A stretch of DNA of 60,868 nt. Source: a virus. Its lineage: Duplodnaviria; Caudoviricetes. A program made the position numbers and the translations under genes. The notes beneath the pieces were generated by a model, which saw only the letters and a list, made by a program, of their open reading frames with translations, was not told the origin of the DNA and made no database searches. The stretch is taken from IMG/VR virus record IMGVR_UViG_3300035670_000219, positions 1 to 60,868 of that record; one strand, 5' to 3'. Shown piece by piece: positions 43,913 through 53,638 of this stretch (positions within the stretch are counted from its first letter, which is position 1; each line of letters begins with the position of its first letter).

Positions 43913-43937
43913 GCTACGTTTAACGTCCAGCTCGACG
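43913..43937 (-). promoter_or_regulatory. class A pseudoknot element, variant copy 6
   Basis: CGTC-GAGCTG-GACG-TTAAAC-GTAGC. Confidence 0.5.
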
Positions 43938-44228
43938 AGATGCCTGGGATATAATGTATGTATATCCGACCTCAAAGGTCGGGATTAAATATGTAAACAC
44001 CTGGTACAATCCGCTACATTTCTAGAACCTAACGAACTACAGTCAGCGATTCCAAAAATTATAGACCAGAGATTATAGCATAAATACATCCAAAAAGTAC
44101 AGGAATTGGACAAAAGTAGTCAATGAATGTGACACTTTCTGTCCTGGATGTGACAGTTTGTGGGTAAAGAAAGCCTGAGGGCTATAGAAAACTCTGCAGC
44201 TGGTACACTACAGAGCTAAGGATAACCT

Positions 44229-44510
44229 TCACACTTTGTGAATCATGATTGCCTTCAGTCCTTCCTCGGTATGATATACTCTCATGCTTAGCTTATCGCT
44301 TCGCATCTCAAGTAATACCTGAAACAAATACGTCGGTTGACATACTTGCCTAACCTCGGAATAGATAAAGTCGGCTGAACTAAACTCCTCAAGTAACTCA
44401 TTCGCCATCTCCACATAACTGTGGAAAAGCTCTACGTTACTTTCGGTAGGCCGCTCGCCTACCTTCGAACGCCAATCATACTTAACCTTTGTCATTAAAC
44501 TAAATTGCAA
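44229..44510 (-). CDS. hypothetical protein
   Basis: ORF track. Confidence 0.45.
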   Translation of the reverse strand: MQFSLMTKVKYDWRSKVGERPTESNVELFHSYVEMANELLEEFSSADFIYSEVRQVCQPTYLFQVLLEMRSDKLSMRVYHTEEGLKAIMIHKV

Positions 44511-44729
44511 TGGAACGCCTGCGTTACACGGATGCGCAGCCCCCGTTACCTCTACTTATCCCTTACACCTTTCTTTTTTTCTACCCACATCCCATTCCTG
44601 TTGGGTGTTGGTAGACTACTCGGATAATTTTTGTCCTTTTTAGGCCCAAAAAGTTGGCAATTCCTAGAAATAAAAATATATAAAATAAAAAATGTACCAA
44701 AAAATATTTTCGACCCCAAAAATATAGAC

Positions 44730-44755
44730 AAAAAAGAGGGGGTGTTAACCCCCTT
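44730..44755 (-). terminator. intrinsic terminator after ORF 44782-45027
   Basis: AAGGGGG-TTAACA-CCCCCTC-TTTTTT on the minus strand. Confidence 0.7.
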
Positions 44756-44781
44756 GTTTGACCCTTGTTTAAATTTTGTAC

Positions 44782-45027
44782 TTAACGTACAGTTTGCTGG
44801 TATTGTGCCGCCTGTTTTGCCGCTTGTTTGTACTTGCCGTAATCAGGTTTTTGCCTAGCAACCTCTTCTCTTGCTCCTTGACGGAAAGCTTGCACCTCAA
44901 ATTCATCCGCACCGCGATTTTTTAATCTTTGCGCCTCTTCTTCAATGCCTTGATACGCAACTTGCTTCTGTGCTTCATCCGTATCAGCAGCAATTTCCTC
45001 TTTAATTTGAGCTGTGGGGCCAAACAT
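44782..45027 (-). CDS. hypothetical protein
   Basis: ORF track; followed by a terminator. Confidence 0.55.
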   Translation of the reverse strand: MFGPTAQIKEEIAADTDEAQKQVAYQGIEEEAQRLKNRGADEFEVQAFRQGAREEVARQKPDYGKYKQAAKQAAQYQQTVR

Positions 45028-45137
45028 TACTTTTATTTCTCAATATTCTTAGTTTAGTTCCTTTTAATTTCTGTTTGAGGGCTACATACATCTAGAATTG
45101 AACAAGAAATACCCGTAAAACACAATAAATACGTCCC

Positions 45138-47915
45138 ATGGCCCTTTCTGCCGCTGATTTTTACGCCTACAGCCGCGCCACTGGAGCCCCATACCCCGAA
45201 GATCCGGAAGAAAGGGCAGAGATGGCGCCAGAGGTGCTTGAATTTCGGCGTAATCAGCTCCGCGCACCGGAACAAGGGCCTAATTTACTTGAAACCTTAG
45301 GACTTGGCGCTCTTGCCGCAGGTGGTTTAGCTGGCATCGGCTTTGGTGCACGTCGTTTCTTGCGTGGTTCAGCACAAAAACCAGTTTCAGTAGCTGCAGG
45401 AATTACAAAAAAAGATCTTGCAAAGGTTGCCACTGCTCCTTCAGTAGAACCGAAGCAATATGTCCAACCTTCTAAAGTTGTTGGTCAGGTGCAGGAGGTT
45501 GCAGTACCTACGCGTAGGGAAGCTGCCATTCCAGAAGCAACCGTTGACTTAACAACTCTTCAGCAAGTAGAAGAGCCTGTAGTTGTTAATCAACAAAATC
45601 AAGCAAATGACACTGGTGTTGATCAAGCTGTTGCACGGATAAGCACTCAAGTCGATCAAAGAGATGTTGATACTACTCGCACAGGTATGGGCGGTCGTCA
45701 AAAAAAGTTGATGACTGAGTATGGACAAGTTGGTTCAGCAAAGACTGATCTTAATGATCCACTGTCTTCTTTAAAACGTGCAAGTTATCTTTTTGAGCAG
45801 AGTGATTGGTCTGGTGGCTTACCGCCAGGATTAGAAGAGCAAGCTCAAGCATTTATTCGACAACAACGATATCGCTCTCCGGAAGGCGTTGCTCAACGCG
45901 CTGCACAAGAAGCACTTGCCATTCAAAAAAGCAAAGCACCACAAAATGCAAAAGTACTACAAAATCTTGGACCGCAACTTGGTTTAAGTCAGGAAGAAAT
46001 CTTCCATCGCATTTCTGCATCGGCAAGTGAATACAAACCTGGTTCCATGGAACCTTTAACTCAACTTGATGTTGCTGCCTTACTTGATCCGTCTGTTCCA
46101 ACAAAGTCCGTTTCTGATCTTCTTGGGACAACTCTCGCCGTACGTGGCGGTCGTGTTGGGCGCAATTTAGATTATGAAGTTATGGCAGAAGGTGCTGGCA
46201 TAACTGGACGCAAAGGAGATGTAGAGGTAACGGGCGAATTCGGCTCTGATGTCTATGCCTACAATCCAAACACCGGTAATTTTGAAATTGATACCACGTC
46301 TGATCTAGAAGATCTTAATTTGAGTCGTGGTCGTACCAGTGATTACGAAAGTAGTGCAGCTGATTATGGTGATGTTGAAGGCCCCGGTGGTTTTGTGGCT
46401 ACTCGTAGTTTTGAAGAGACAACCAAAGGAGGTAAAAGCATTATTCCTGGTATTGCATCAGAAGCAGAAGGAATGGTTCCTGGCTCCAGGCGTCAGTTGC
46501 GTGAAGTAGATCGCGTCATTCCCGCCCGTGAGACGTTAGAAGGTGATCCGGCTGCTGGCTGGACATTTGATCCTCGGACAGGCCGTGCTGTTCTCGTTGG
46601 CGCTGGTAAACGCCTGGAAGAAACACGCACTAATGTCGCTGGTAAACCAATTAAAGTTGTTCAAGCTGGCGGACGCGCTCGTGAACTTGGCGCTTATAAA
46701 GGACGCATCTCAGTTGACGACCCAAGTTATGATCCGACTAGCGGCGGTAAACTCCCCGGTCGTTATCAACCCGCTACTACAGAAGTTTCTCCGCTTATCA
46801 GTACGCAACCCGTCACAGAATATAAAACTGTTCAAGAGCGTCTGCTTCAAGATGATAAAGGAAATTGGTGGGTAGATTCTTCCAAGAAGAAAAAAGTAGG
46901 AGAAGAACAACTGCGTGGTCTTGTCGGGAGTGATCCCAATCTCCGCGATATCTCCCTGGATCGAAATGAAATTAATAGTGTGATTAATAAAGCCGCAGAA
47001 CGGTGGAATACCGTTAATTCAAAAGGAGAGCTTAGCGCTCTCCAACGTCAAGAATTTTTAATTGATAATTTAAATAGCTATCTTGTTACTCAAAAACGCA
47101 TCACCCTTCCTGTTCTTCAACGTACTAAAAAAGGTGGTCTTCCAGCAGAGGCTTTTGCTTTTATTAAAGACGTTCAGCCTGGGATGCAGGTTTCCGATGT
47201 GTACGTGCGTCCTGCCAAGGTGAGTGCAAATAATCGCCCGTTAATGATTTCAGAAGGTAAAAAACAAGAACCTTTAATTGATCCTAAATATGCAGCTATG
47301 GATCCTGTTCCCCTCCCCGGCTTCACCAAAGTTGCGGGCACTGGTGGAGTAGAGGCACGTACTGTGGATACCGAAACTTATGAAGGCGATGTTTCTTTCT
47401 TCTCTCCAACGGTCGAGACCGCTCCCCAAGTAATTCGTGACCGTAGAACAGGTCAGCTACTTACCACGGCTACACCGCAAGCCATCAGATCATCCACTGG
47501 GGCTCAGTTAGCAAACTTGCGTGCCGCAATGGAAACGCCGCAGACTGGAGAAGGATTGCGTACTGTGCCGGTTGTTGATCCGTCTACCGGCGAACGGATT
47601 GGTACGGAAAAAGTTTCTGGTATTCGCATTGGCTCTTTCGCTCGTACACAAAACCCATACACTGGAAAAGCTGCGCCAACAATGGGTCCTGCTTCCAGGG
47701 TTCTAACTGGAGATTATCAATACACTCCCCAACAGCTCTATGTTGATCTAACGCCAAACATCTCAGAAGCTGGTGGTACAATAGATGTTATTGCTCCACA
47801 ACTTCCCTTCGAGGTATCTACTTCTGCTGAAGAGTATCGCCGTAGCTCTTCCAATGTAGATGTAGCAATGCAAAAATTACTTGCACAAGGCAAGCGTCGT
47901 CGCGCGAAACGTTAA
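45138..47915 (+). CDS. large hypothetical protein, possibly internal virion protein
   Basis: 925 aa with an N-terminal Gly/Ala hydrophobic segment; first gene of the late arm. Confidence 0.6.
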   Translation: MALSAADFYAYSRATGAPYPEDPEERAEMAPEVLEFRRNQLRAPEQGPNLLETLGLGALAAGGLAGIGFGARRFLRGSAQKPVSVAAGITKKDLAKVATAPSVEPKQYVQPSKVVGQVQEVAVPTRREAAIPEATVDLTTLQQVEEPVVVNQQNQANDTGVDQAVARISTQVDQRDVDTTRTGMGGRQKKLMTEYGQVGSAKTDLNDPLSSLKRASYLFEQSDWSGGLPPGLEEQAQAFIRQQRYRSPEGVAQRAAQEALAIQKSKAPQNAKVLQNLGPQLGLSQEEIFHRISASASEYKPGSMEPLTQLDVAALLDPSVPTKSVSDLLGTTLAVRGGRVGRNLDYEVMAEGAGITGRKGDVEVTGEFGSDVYAYNPNTGNFEIDTTSDLEDLNLSRGRTSDYESSAADYGDVEGPGGFVATRSFEETTKGGKSIIPGIASEAEGMVPGSRRQLREVDRVIPARETLEGDPAAGWTFDPRTGRAVLVGAGKRLEETRTNVAGKPIKVVQAGGRARELGAYKGRISVDDPSYDPTSGGKLPGRYQPATTEVSPLISTQPVTEYKTVQERLLQDDKGNWWVDSSKKKKVGEEQLRGLVGSDPNLRDISLDRNEINSVINKAAERWNTVNSKGELSALQRQEFLIDNLNSYLVTQKRITLPVLQRTKKGGLPAEAFAFIKDVQPGMQVSDVYVRPAKVSANNRPLMISEGKKQEPLIDPKYAAMDPVPLPGFTKVAGTGGVEARTVDTETYEGDVSFFSPTVETAPQVIRDRRTGQLLTTATPQAIRSSTGAQLANLRAAMETPQTGEGLRTVPVVDPSTGERIGTEKVSGIRIGSFARTQNPYTGKAAPTMGPASRVLTGDYQYTPQQLYVDLTPNISEAGGTIDVIAPQLPFEVSTSAEEYRRSSSNVDVAMQKLLAQGKRRRAKR

Positions 47916-47917
47916 TC

Positions 47918-48142
47918 ATGGCCGAAGAAAAGAAAAAAGAAAAGAAGTGGATTCAAGGCATGGAGATGAAGGAAGGCGCTTTCACAAAAAAAGCAAAACG
48001 CCGTGGTATTACTTCAGCCCAGCTTCAGGAAAACGTTCTTTCTAATCCCGATAAATATGATGAAAAAACTGTAAAACAAGCAAACTTACGCAAAACTCTT
48101 GTAGGCTTACATAAGAAAAAGAAAGCCGAAGGTAAAGCATAA
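47918..48142 (+). CDS. small basic conserved phage protein
   Basis: KWIQ....K.GAFT.KAK...K.ANL.KTL. Confidence 0.65.
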   Translation: MAEEKKKEKKWIQGMEMKEGAFTKKAKRRGITSAQLQENVLSNPDKYDEKTVKQANLRKTLVGLHKKKKAEGKA

Positions 48143-48757
48143 ATGGCAAAAGATCATCGCCTCAAACTAAATCGCTACATTGATTCGCCTTTTGAAAATA
48201 AAGTCAAACTTAATTTTCATCAACTGTTTGCGACTAAGCCCGAAACAGGTGATGCCCCCTGGATCCCCTCACGCCTTTCTTCTGCTGATCTTTTAAACAA
48301 ACTGCAGACTCGTAAACTTAAATTAAATCCAAATCTTAATTTTGTTGGAGATGATTCAACTGAATACCAGATGTTTGCTGGTTTGGGTCATTTCGATCGT
48401 ATCGAAGATTACGATTTTAATAGTGGACGCCCACGCACTGCTCAAAATCCTCGCGATCAACCCGACTTTACAGATTTGTGGGTCGAAGCATATCGCTATA
48501 GCCCAACTATAAATCCAGAGAAAAAAGCAAAGAACCCAATGCCGCGTGCCGCCAACCCTGATCCCAGGGGCTTTATCATGGCACAGGCTGAACGTCGCGC
48601 CGAAAGTGAAATGGAAGGAAATAAGTCAGTTGCGGAATTGCTTGCTGAGCGCAGTGAAAATAAAACAGAGATTAAACCAAATGAAGCCAAGCAACCTGCT
48701 TCGCAAGAGCAAGTAAAAGAGCAACAAAAACAACAGCAGGCTGGCCCCAAGACTTAA
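48143..48757 (+). CDS. hypothetical protein
   Basis: ORF track. Confidence 0.6.
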   Translation: MAKDHRLKLNRYIDSPFENKVKLNFHQLFATKPETGDAPWIPSRLSSADLLNKLQTRKLKLNPNLNFVGDDSTEYQMFAGLGHFDRIEDYDFNSGRPRTAQNPRDQPDFTDLWVEAYRYSPTINPEKKAKNPMPRAANPDPRGFIMAQAERRAESEMEGNKSVAELLAERSENKTEIKPNEAKQPASQEQVKEQQKQQQAGPKT

Positions 48758-48788
48758 CGATTTATAATTATTAAAAAGGTAGATAAAT

Positions 48789-49376
48789 ATGAAAGCTTTT
48801 CAGCAGTTACTTAATTACGCCGCTAAAAATAAAGACGTTTTATCCAATGTTGCTATTGGTAGCGGTGTTAATGCTCTCTTGGGGGGACTTGCAGAAGGAC
48901 CCACTGGAGCAATTAAGTATGGGCTGAGTGATCTTTTAATTTCTTACCCAGCTACACTAGGAGCTAGAAAATTAGCTGGTGGTCCAGTAACTGAAACTCT
49001 CTTAAAAAACGGCCAACAAATAACACGAAAAGTGCCATCTGGCCTTGAAAATACTGTCAATGTAGGTGCATCGATTATTGGCCCCATGGTCACTGATGTA
49101 GCTTTTGGTACCACAAGAGCCCAACCAGTGCCTACCGATATGTCTCAACAGCAGCAAATTGCACAACAACTGCTGCAACGCGACATGATCAACAACGACC
49201 CAACCATGGCTTTGTTCCCTGGAACGATGCTTCAAGCACAGGGTGCGGAGTCAACCTTATTCAGGGATTTCTTAGCGCAGATGCCTTCTTTGGAAGAAGT
49301 TGCATCTAGGCGTCGGCAAAGTTTCCAGCCAATTGATTACATGCAGCAAGCCACTGAGTTGCGGAGGATTGCATGA
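48789..49376 (+). CDS. hypothetical protein, possibly virion
   Basis: Gly-rich hydrophobic N-terminal half. Confidence 0.55.
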   Translation: MKAFQQLLNYAAKNKDVLSNVAIGSGVNALLGGLAEGPTGAIKYGLSDLLISYPATLGARKLAGGPVTETLLKNGQQITRKVPSGLENTVNVGASIIGPMVTDVAFGTTRAQPVPTDMSQQQQIAQQLLQRDMINNDPTMALFPGTMLQAQGAESTLFRDFLAQMPSLEEVASRRRQSFQPIDYMQQATELRRIA

Positions 49377-50293
49377 TTCCCCAACAAGTCAAAAATCTTG
49401 GTGCCGCACTTAAACAGGGCTTTTTAACTTCTGAGGGTATCTCTACTGAGCTACAAGAAGTTTATCCAACTACCCTGGCACCACGTTTCAAAAAGAAATT
49501 AAAAGAAGAAGGCATCTCTTTACGCGAAACACCTGCTCAATTTTTAGGCGCATTTAGCGCTCGTGTTCTTACAGATTTAACAAATGATGGTACACGTGGC
49601 GTCTATTGGCGTTACAACCATCCATTGGCTATTGCGGAGAAAGCCATTGAGAAATCAATTGGTGAAGAAGCCTATCAAAACCTTGGCCCTTTAAAAACAG
49701 GTCTGATTGGCTTGGGTATTACTGCACCAGCCGTTGCTGCTGCTGGCGCTTATGACATTACTAATATCAGTCAGCAGTTCAGGCCCAAGGGTTTTTCTCA
49801 ACAGTATGCAGAAGAAGGTTCAGAAGATCGACGTGAATCTACCCAACCTGTTGCAGAAACATTTGAGCGGTTTTTCTTGGGACGTACGGGCCGTCCTTTG
49901 AAGTATGAAACAGCCAAAGAAGATATTCCCGATCTCACTCCTGAGCGCTATGGTAATTATTTGAGAAATTATTACCAAGACCGTGGGTTCCTAGGTCTTG
50001 TCAAAGCGACTCCAGAAAACTTGCAGGGTGTTCCGGAGATGCGTGTCTTGAATTATCCAGTGACGATTCCAATGGTTGCTGGCTTGGCTGGTGGTGTTGC
50101 TGCAACAGCGATGGCAACAAGACTTAGCAAGGATCCATCAAAAACATTCAAACGTGCTGGTCTTGGTGGCGCACTAGGATCCATCGGTGGTGTTGTCGTT
50201 GGTAATGTTATCAATAATGAAATTGCTAAAGCAAATCGTCCGCAGCTACCAACAATTGGTGAATATCAAAGTATGAATACTGATAGAATTTAA
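49373..50293 (+). CDS. hypothetical protein, possibly virion
   Basis: Gly-zipper-like hydrophobic C-terminal segments. Confidence 0.6.
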   Translation: MIPQQVKNLGAALKQGFLTSEGISTELQEVYPTTLAPRFKKKLKEEGISLRETPAQFLGAFSARVLTDLTNDGTRGVYWRYNHPLAIAEKAIEKSIGEEAYQNLGPLKTGLIGLGITAPAVAAAGAYDITNISQQFRPKGFSQQYAEEGSEDRRESTQPVAETFERFFLGRTGRPLKYETAKEDIPDLTPERYGNYLRNYYQDRGFLGLVKATPENLQGVPEMRVLNYPVTIPMVAGLAGGVAATAMATRLSKDPSKTFKRAGLGGALGSIGGVVVGNVINNEIAKANRPQLPTIGEYQSMNTDRI

Positions 50294-50316
50294 GATATAA
50301 AAAACAGCTAATCATA

Positions 50317-51225
50317 ATGACCCCTGAAGAATTAGCAAGGATGCAGGCAGGCCTCGATCCTAGAGCTTATTATTCGGATGCTGATTTATTGCGTCGCGCT
50401 CAAGCAGGTGAGATACCAGCAGAAGCTTTGCAGGGCCGGGGTGCCACTCCCATAAAGCTCCGTGGTAGCCAATCTGATCAAGCAAAGCAATTCGCCCGTG
50501 AAACACTTGGAAAAGTACAAGGTGGATTATCCAGTGCCTCTGCGTTTTTGGGAGGAATTCCAACAGGTCGTCTTGGGCTTGGTTTAGGTGCTATCCCCGC
50601 CCTTGGTACTGCTTACTCTGAATTACAAGCAGATCGCCCCCTGGGAGCTGCAGGTGGCTTGTTAGGTGGCGCAGCAGGTGGCCTTACCGGTGCAGCAGTT
50701 GCTCGCTTCCTGCCAACGACAGGTAAATTTGGTCTAATCGGTAAAGCTGCCCAGGCCGTTCTTCCTGCAATTGGCGCAAGTGTTGGTGCACCAGCCTTTG
50801 CTTCAGAAGCGGAGCGGATCAAAGCACGTGCAACAAATGAACCCATTCGTGGCAAAGAAGCAGAACTGACTTCTCAACTTGCTACACAACGTGCCATCAA
50901 CGAGCTTGGCGAAACACAATTCCGTAATACACTTGGAATTTATACCAGCAATCAGATAGATTTACAGAAAGCCAATATTGAAGCGAATCTCTATGCAATG
51001 CAAAAAGAGATTCCATTGATTGAGCAGATTGAGCGGGGCCGCCTGGCACGTGCCCAAACAATGTTGAATGCGCAGAACAATGCGTATTTACAGCAGATGA
51101 CCCTTGGTGCACAGTCCAATTTAATGCTCGATGCTCAACGGGAGCGTGGTGCCACCATGCGTCAGGTTTTATCCAGCAATCCTTACATGGTTGCTCTTCA
51201 GTCTCCTAGCGTTTCGATTAGCTGA
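50317..51225 (+). CDS. hypothetical protein, possibly virion/ejection
   Basis: Gly-zipper segment followed by a Gln-rich coiled coil. Confidence 0.55.
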   Translation: MTPEELARMQAGLDPRAYYSDADLLRRAQAGEIPAEALQGRGATPIKLRGSQSDQAKQFARETLGKVQGGLSSASAFLGGIPTGRLGLGLGAIPALGTAYSELQADRPLGAAGGLLGGAAGGLTGAAVARFLPTTGKFGLIGKAAQAVLPAIGASVGAPAFASEAERIKARATNEPIRGKEAELTSQLATQRAINELGETQFRNTLGIYTSNQIDLQKANIEANLYAMQKEIPLIEQIERGRLARAQTMLNAQNNAYLQQMTLGAQSNLMLDAQRERGATMRQVLSSNPYMVALQSPSVSIS

Positions 51226-51227
51226 TC

Positions 51228-51680
51228 ATGCCTGGTCCTCTTGCTGGTAAGTATGGTCTAAACCTCAACTTAGACCAAGCTGATTACACAAATCCCATAA
51301 GTCCTGCTGTGAATAGTTATGATCCTTTAATTAGGCCTTTGACTCAAAATCCTTACGCAGAGCAAGAACGCGCTTTGGAAGGGATTAAAGATCCTGACTT
51401 ACAAGGTTTCTTGCGTTATGGTCTTGCGCAACAAAAATATCTTTATGATCCTCAACGAATGAGGGAAGAGCTTCAAGCGTACAGTGATGTACGCAAAAAA
51501 GAGGCATGGGATGCATTTGGCATGAAACAACTTGCCTCCATCCCCCAAACAATTGCAAACACTGTTTATAACAGAGATGCACTAGGTATCCTGGCAGAGA
51601 TTCCCAGGAACATTAGTCCTATTCTGCAGGGTGGCATTCAGAGCGCAAACTTACGAGACCGCTTTAAGTACTTCAGTTAA
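51228..51680 (+). CDS. hypothetical protein
   Basis: ORF track. Confidence 0.55.
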   Translation: MPGPLAGKYGLNLNLDQADYTNPISPAVNSYDPLIRPLTQNPYAEQERALEGIKDPDLQGFLRYGLAQQKYLYDPQRMREELQAYSDVRKKEAWDAFGMKQLASIPQTIANTVYNRDALGILAEIPRNISPILQGGIQSANLRDRFKYFS

Positions 51681-51702
51681 TTAACAAAGGGGCTGTAGAA
51701 TA

Positions 51703-52239
51703 ATGACAACATACTTCCCTTCAGGCCTTTCAACCACCTGGAGCAGCCCTAGTTTCGGAGCGGCAACCACTTCTTTTGGTGGTAGTCCTCCATATCAGCC
51801 AGGGTTTTCAGGTGCGATAGGAACAGCGCCATCATCTACACCCACCTCTAGCTACGGTTCATTAGGAGGATCATCAATGTTTCCCGGAATTGCAATGGGT
51901 CTTATTGGTGCTGGTGCTTCTATTTTTGGAGCATCTCAAGCAGCCGATGCCACACGCGATGCCGCTGCACAATCTGCCGCAGCAACAAAAGGAGCAGCAA
52001 GAATTGCAGGTAAGTACGGTATTAAACGCGATAAATTAGATTACGAGCTCCAACAGAAAGCAAAAGAAGCAAGTGTGTTTCGTTTTGATCCAGCACAACG
52101 AGCTTTGATGGCATCGTTTGCTGCATCTCCCGCAGCACAAAAACTTTCTGCGCAAGAGTTTTATAATCAACGTGCATTAGCTGGTACAGGCGGCGGCTTT
52201 TCTCCACTTGCAGGTGGGTCACCTTTCTACAGGATTTAA
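51703..52239 (+). CDS. pilot/ejection-like protein (candidate)
   Basis: IGAGASIFGAS.AA.A..AA.Q pattern typical of DNA-pilot/internal virion proteins. Confidence 0.5.
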   Translation: MTTYFPSGLSTTWSSPSFGAATTSFGGSPPYQPGFSGAIGTAPSSTPTSSYGSLGGSSMFPGIAMGLIGAGASIFGASQAADATRDAAAQSAAATKGAARIAGKYGIKRDKLDYELQQKAKEASVFRFDPAQRALMASFAASPAAQKLSAQEFYNQRALAGTGGGFSPLAGGSPFYRI

Positions 52240-52242
52240 GTC

Positions 52243-53382
52243 ATGAGTGGTATTTCCCCAACTAGTGCTATTTCTTTCGGTCAAGCAAATAATGACGACG
52301 AGCTTGTTACAAAGTCTTATTTTGAAGAACTTTTTAAAACAAAACAAAAACAAGATGCAAAAACTGACGCAGAAAGAACGGCTCAAAAACAAAAAACAAT
52401 TGGAGAAATTTTTGGTAGTTATAAACAACAAATTCGCAGTGGTGTTTTAGATCCTTTATCTGCTTCTCAAGCTTTTAAGGAAGAGGCCAAAGGTTACGGA
52501 GGACCTGCTAAGCGTACACGGCTTTCTACAGAGCTTGCAGACCTGCGCCCCATCCCTGGCTACGACCCCAAAACATATAATAAAAGAAAGGATTTAATCC
52601 AGCAAAAGAAAGATATTGAAGCGAGGCCCCAGACTTGGGAAGAAAAAGCCGACAAATTAGAAAACCGTGGCGTTAATATACAAGAAAAAATTGATGCATT
52701 ACTTGGCAGTGAAGACTATGATCCCACGCCAAATCGGCAAGCGGAAAAAGATATTTTTGCGCAACTTCAAAAATTAAAGGAAAGGCAGGCATTAATTGAT
52801 CCTGAAAAAGATAAAGCCAGAGCCGATAAACTACGAGCGAGAGCCGCAGCTTTTGATCCTGAGAAAGCAACATCTTCTCTTACCAAACGAATAGGAGAAC
52901 TTGCCCCTGGCGTTCAGTACAAAGAAATGGTGAGCGGTGCTTTGTCTACCCAAGCAAATCTTCTTGGTTTAGGCAAGGGAATTGTAACTCCTCAGTTAGA
53001 AAAAAGTTTAATCCAGCAAGCAAAAGCTCAAGGCATTACCGCAAGTGAAATGCCAAGCTATATGCGTGAGCAATTGTCTTCTAGTCAAATTACACGTCCT
53101 TATTTACTGACGGCAGACCAAGAGAAACTTCAGCTTGAATATGGCAACATAGGCCGAGACAAGTCAGGCTTAATCTCTAATACTTATCAATCCATACTTC
53201 CTGGTAATCAAGCACTTGCCAGTTCGTATGGTTTAAAATCAGGGCAAGGAATGTCAATCGGAGATATTGAACACTTAAAAAATGTAGATATGCAAAACGT
53301 TGTTAATGCTGGTATGGCAAAGGTTGAAAACATTCGCGGCTTGTCTAGTATGCTTGGTCTTATTGGTTACGCATTAAGCTAA
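52243..53382 (+). CDS. hypothetical coiled-coil protein
   Basis: ORF track. Confidence 0.55.
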   Translation: MSGISPTSAISFGQANNDDELVTKSYFEELFKTKQKQDAKTDAERTAQKQKTIGEIFGSYKQQIRSGVLDPLSASQAFKEEAKGYGGPAKRTRLSTELADLRPIPGYDPKTYNKRKDLIQQKKDIEARPQTWEEKADKLENRGVNIQEKIDALLGSEDYDPTPNRQAEKDIFAQLQKLKERQALIDPEKDKARADKLRARAAAFDPEKATSSLTKRIGELAPGVQYKEMVSGALSTQANLLGLGKGIVTPQLEKSLIQQAKAQGITASEMPSYMREQLSSSQITRPYLLTADQEKLQLEYGNIGRDKSGLISNTYQSILPGNQALASSYGLKSGQGMSIGDIEHLKNVDMQNVVNAGMAKVENIRGLSSMLGLIGYALS

Positions 53383-53385
53383 CCT

Positions 53386-53394
53386 TGCTATAAT
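53386..53394 (+). promoter_or_regulatory. extended -10 promoter
   Basis: TGC-TATAAT; hexamer starts 31 nt before ATG 53420. Confidence 0.55.
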
Positions 53395-53419
53395 TTAAAA
53401 AACACGACTTTGTTTTAAA

Positions 53420-53638
53420 ATGGCTAAAGATAGTAACTCTACATCCCAAATCGGAAAGAATACGGAAGTCGATCCTGGCGGAGCGATGGATTACCTTTCC
53501 GACGAGAATATTGCTAAATTCCAAGATCTTTTGAATCGCCTGCAGCGCTCTAAGATGGAACAAGCTCAGCAAGGTGCGCGTGAATCTCGCAAGGGTACCT
53601 TTGCTCAGGGTATCGCCAGCATGATGTCTAACTTCTGA
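53420..53638 (+). CDS. small hypothetical protein (duplicated module)
   Basis: Ends KFQDLL.RL..SK..Q....FAQG.ASMMSNF. Confidence 0.65.
   Translation: MAKDSNSTSQIGKNTEVDPGGAMDYLSDENIAKFQDLLNRLQRSKMEQAQQGARESRKGTFAQGIASMMSNF

Noticed and set aside
21993-43937. Dispersed repeats as a degenerate CRISPR array
   Set aside because: Copies are separated by whole genes rather than fixed-length spacers, and no cas genes are present. The PD-(D/E)XK nuclease lacks the Cas4 Fe-S cysteine pattern.
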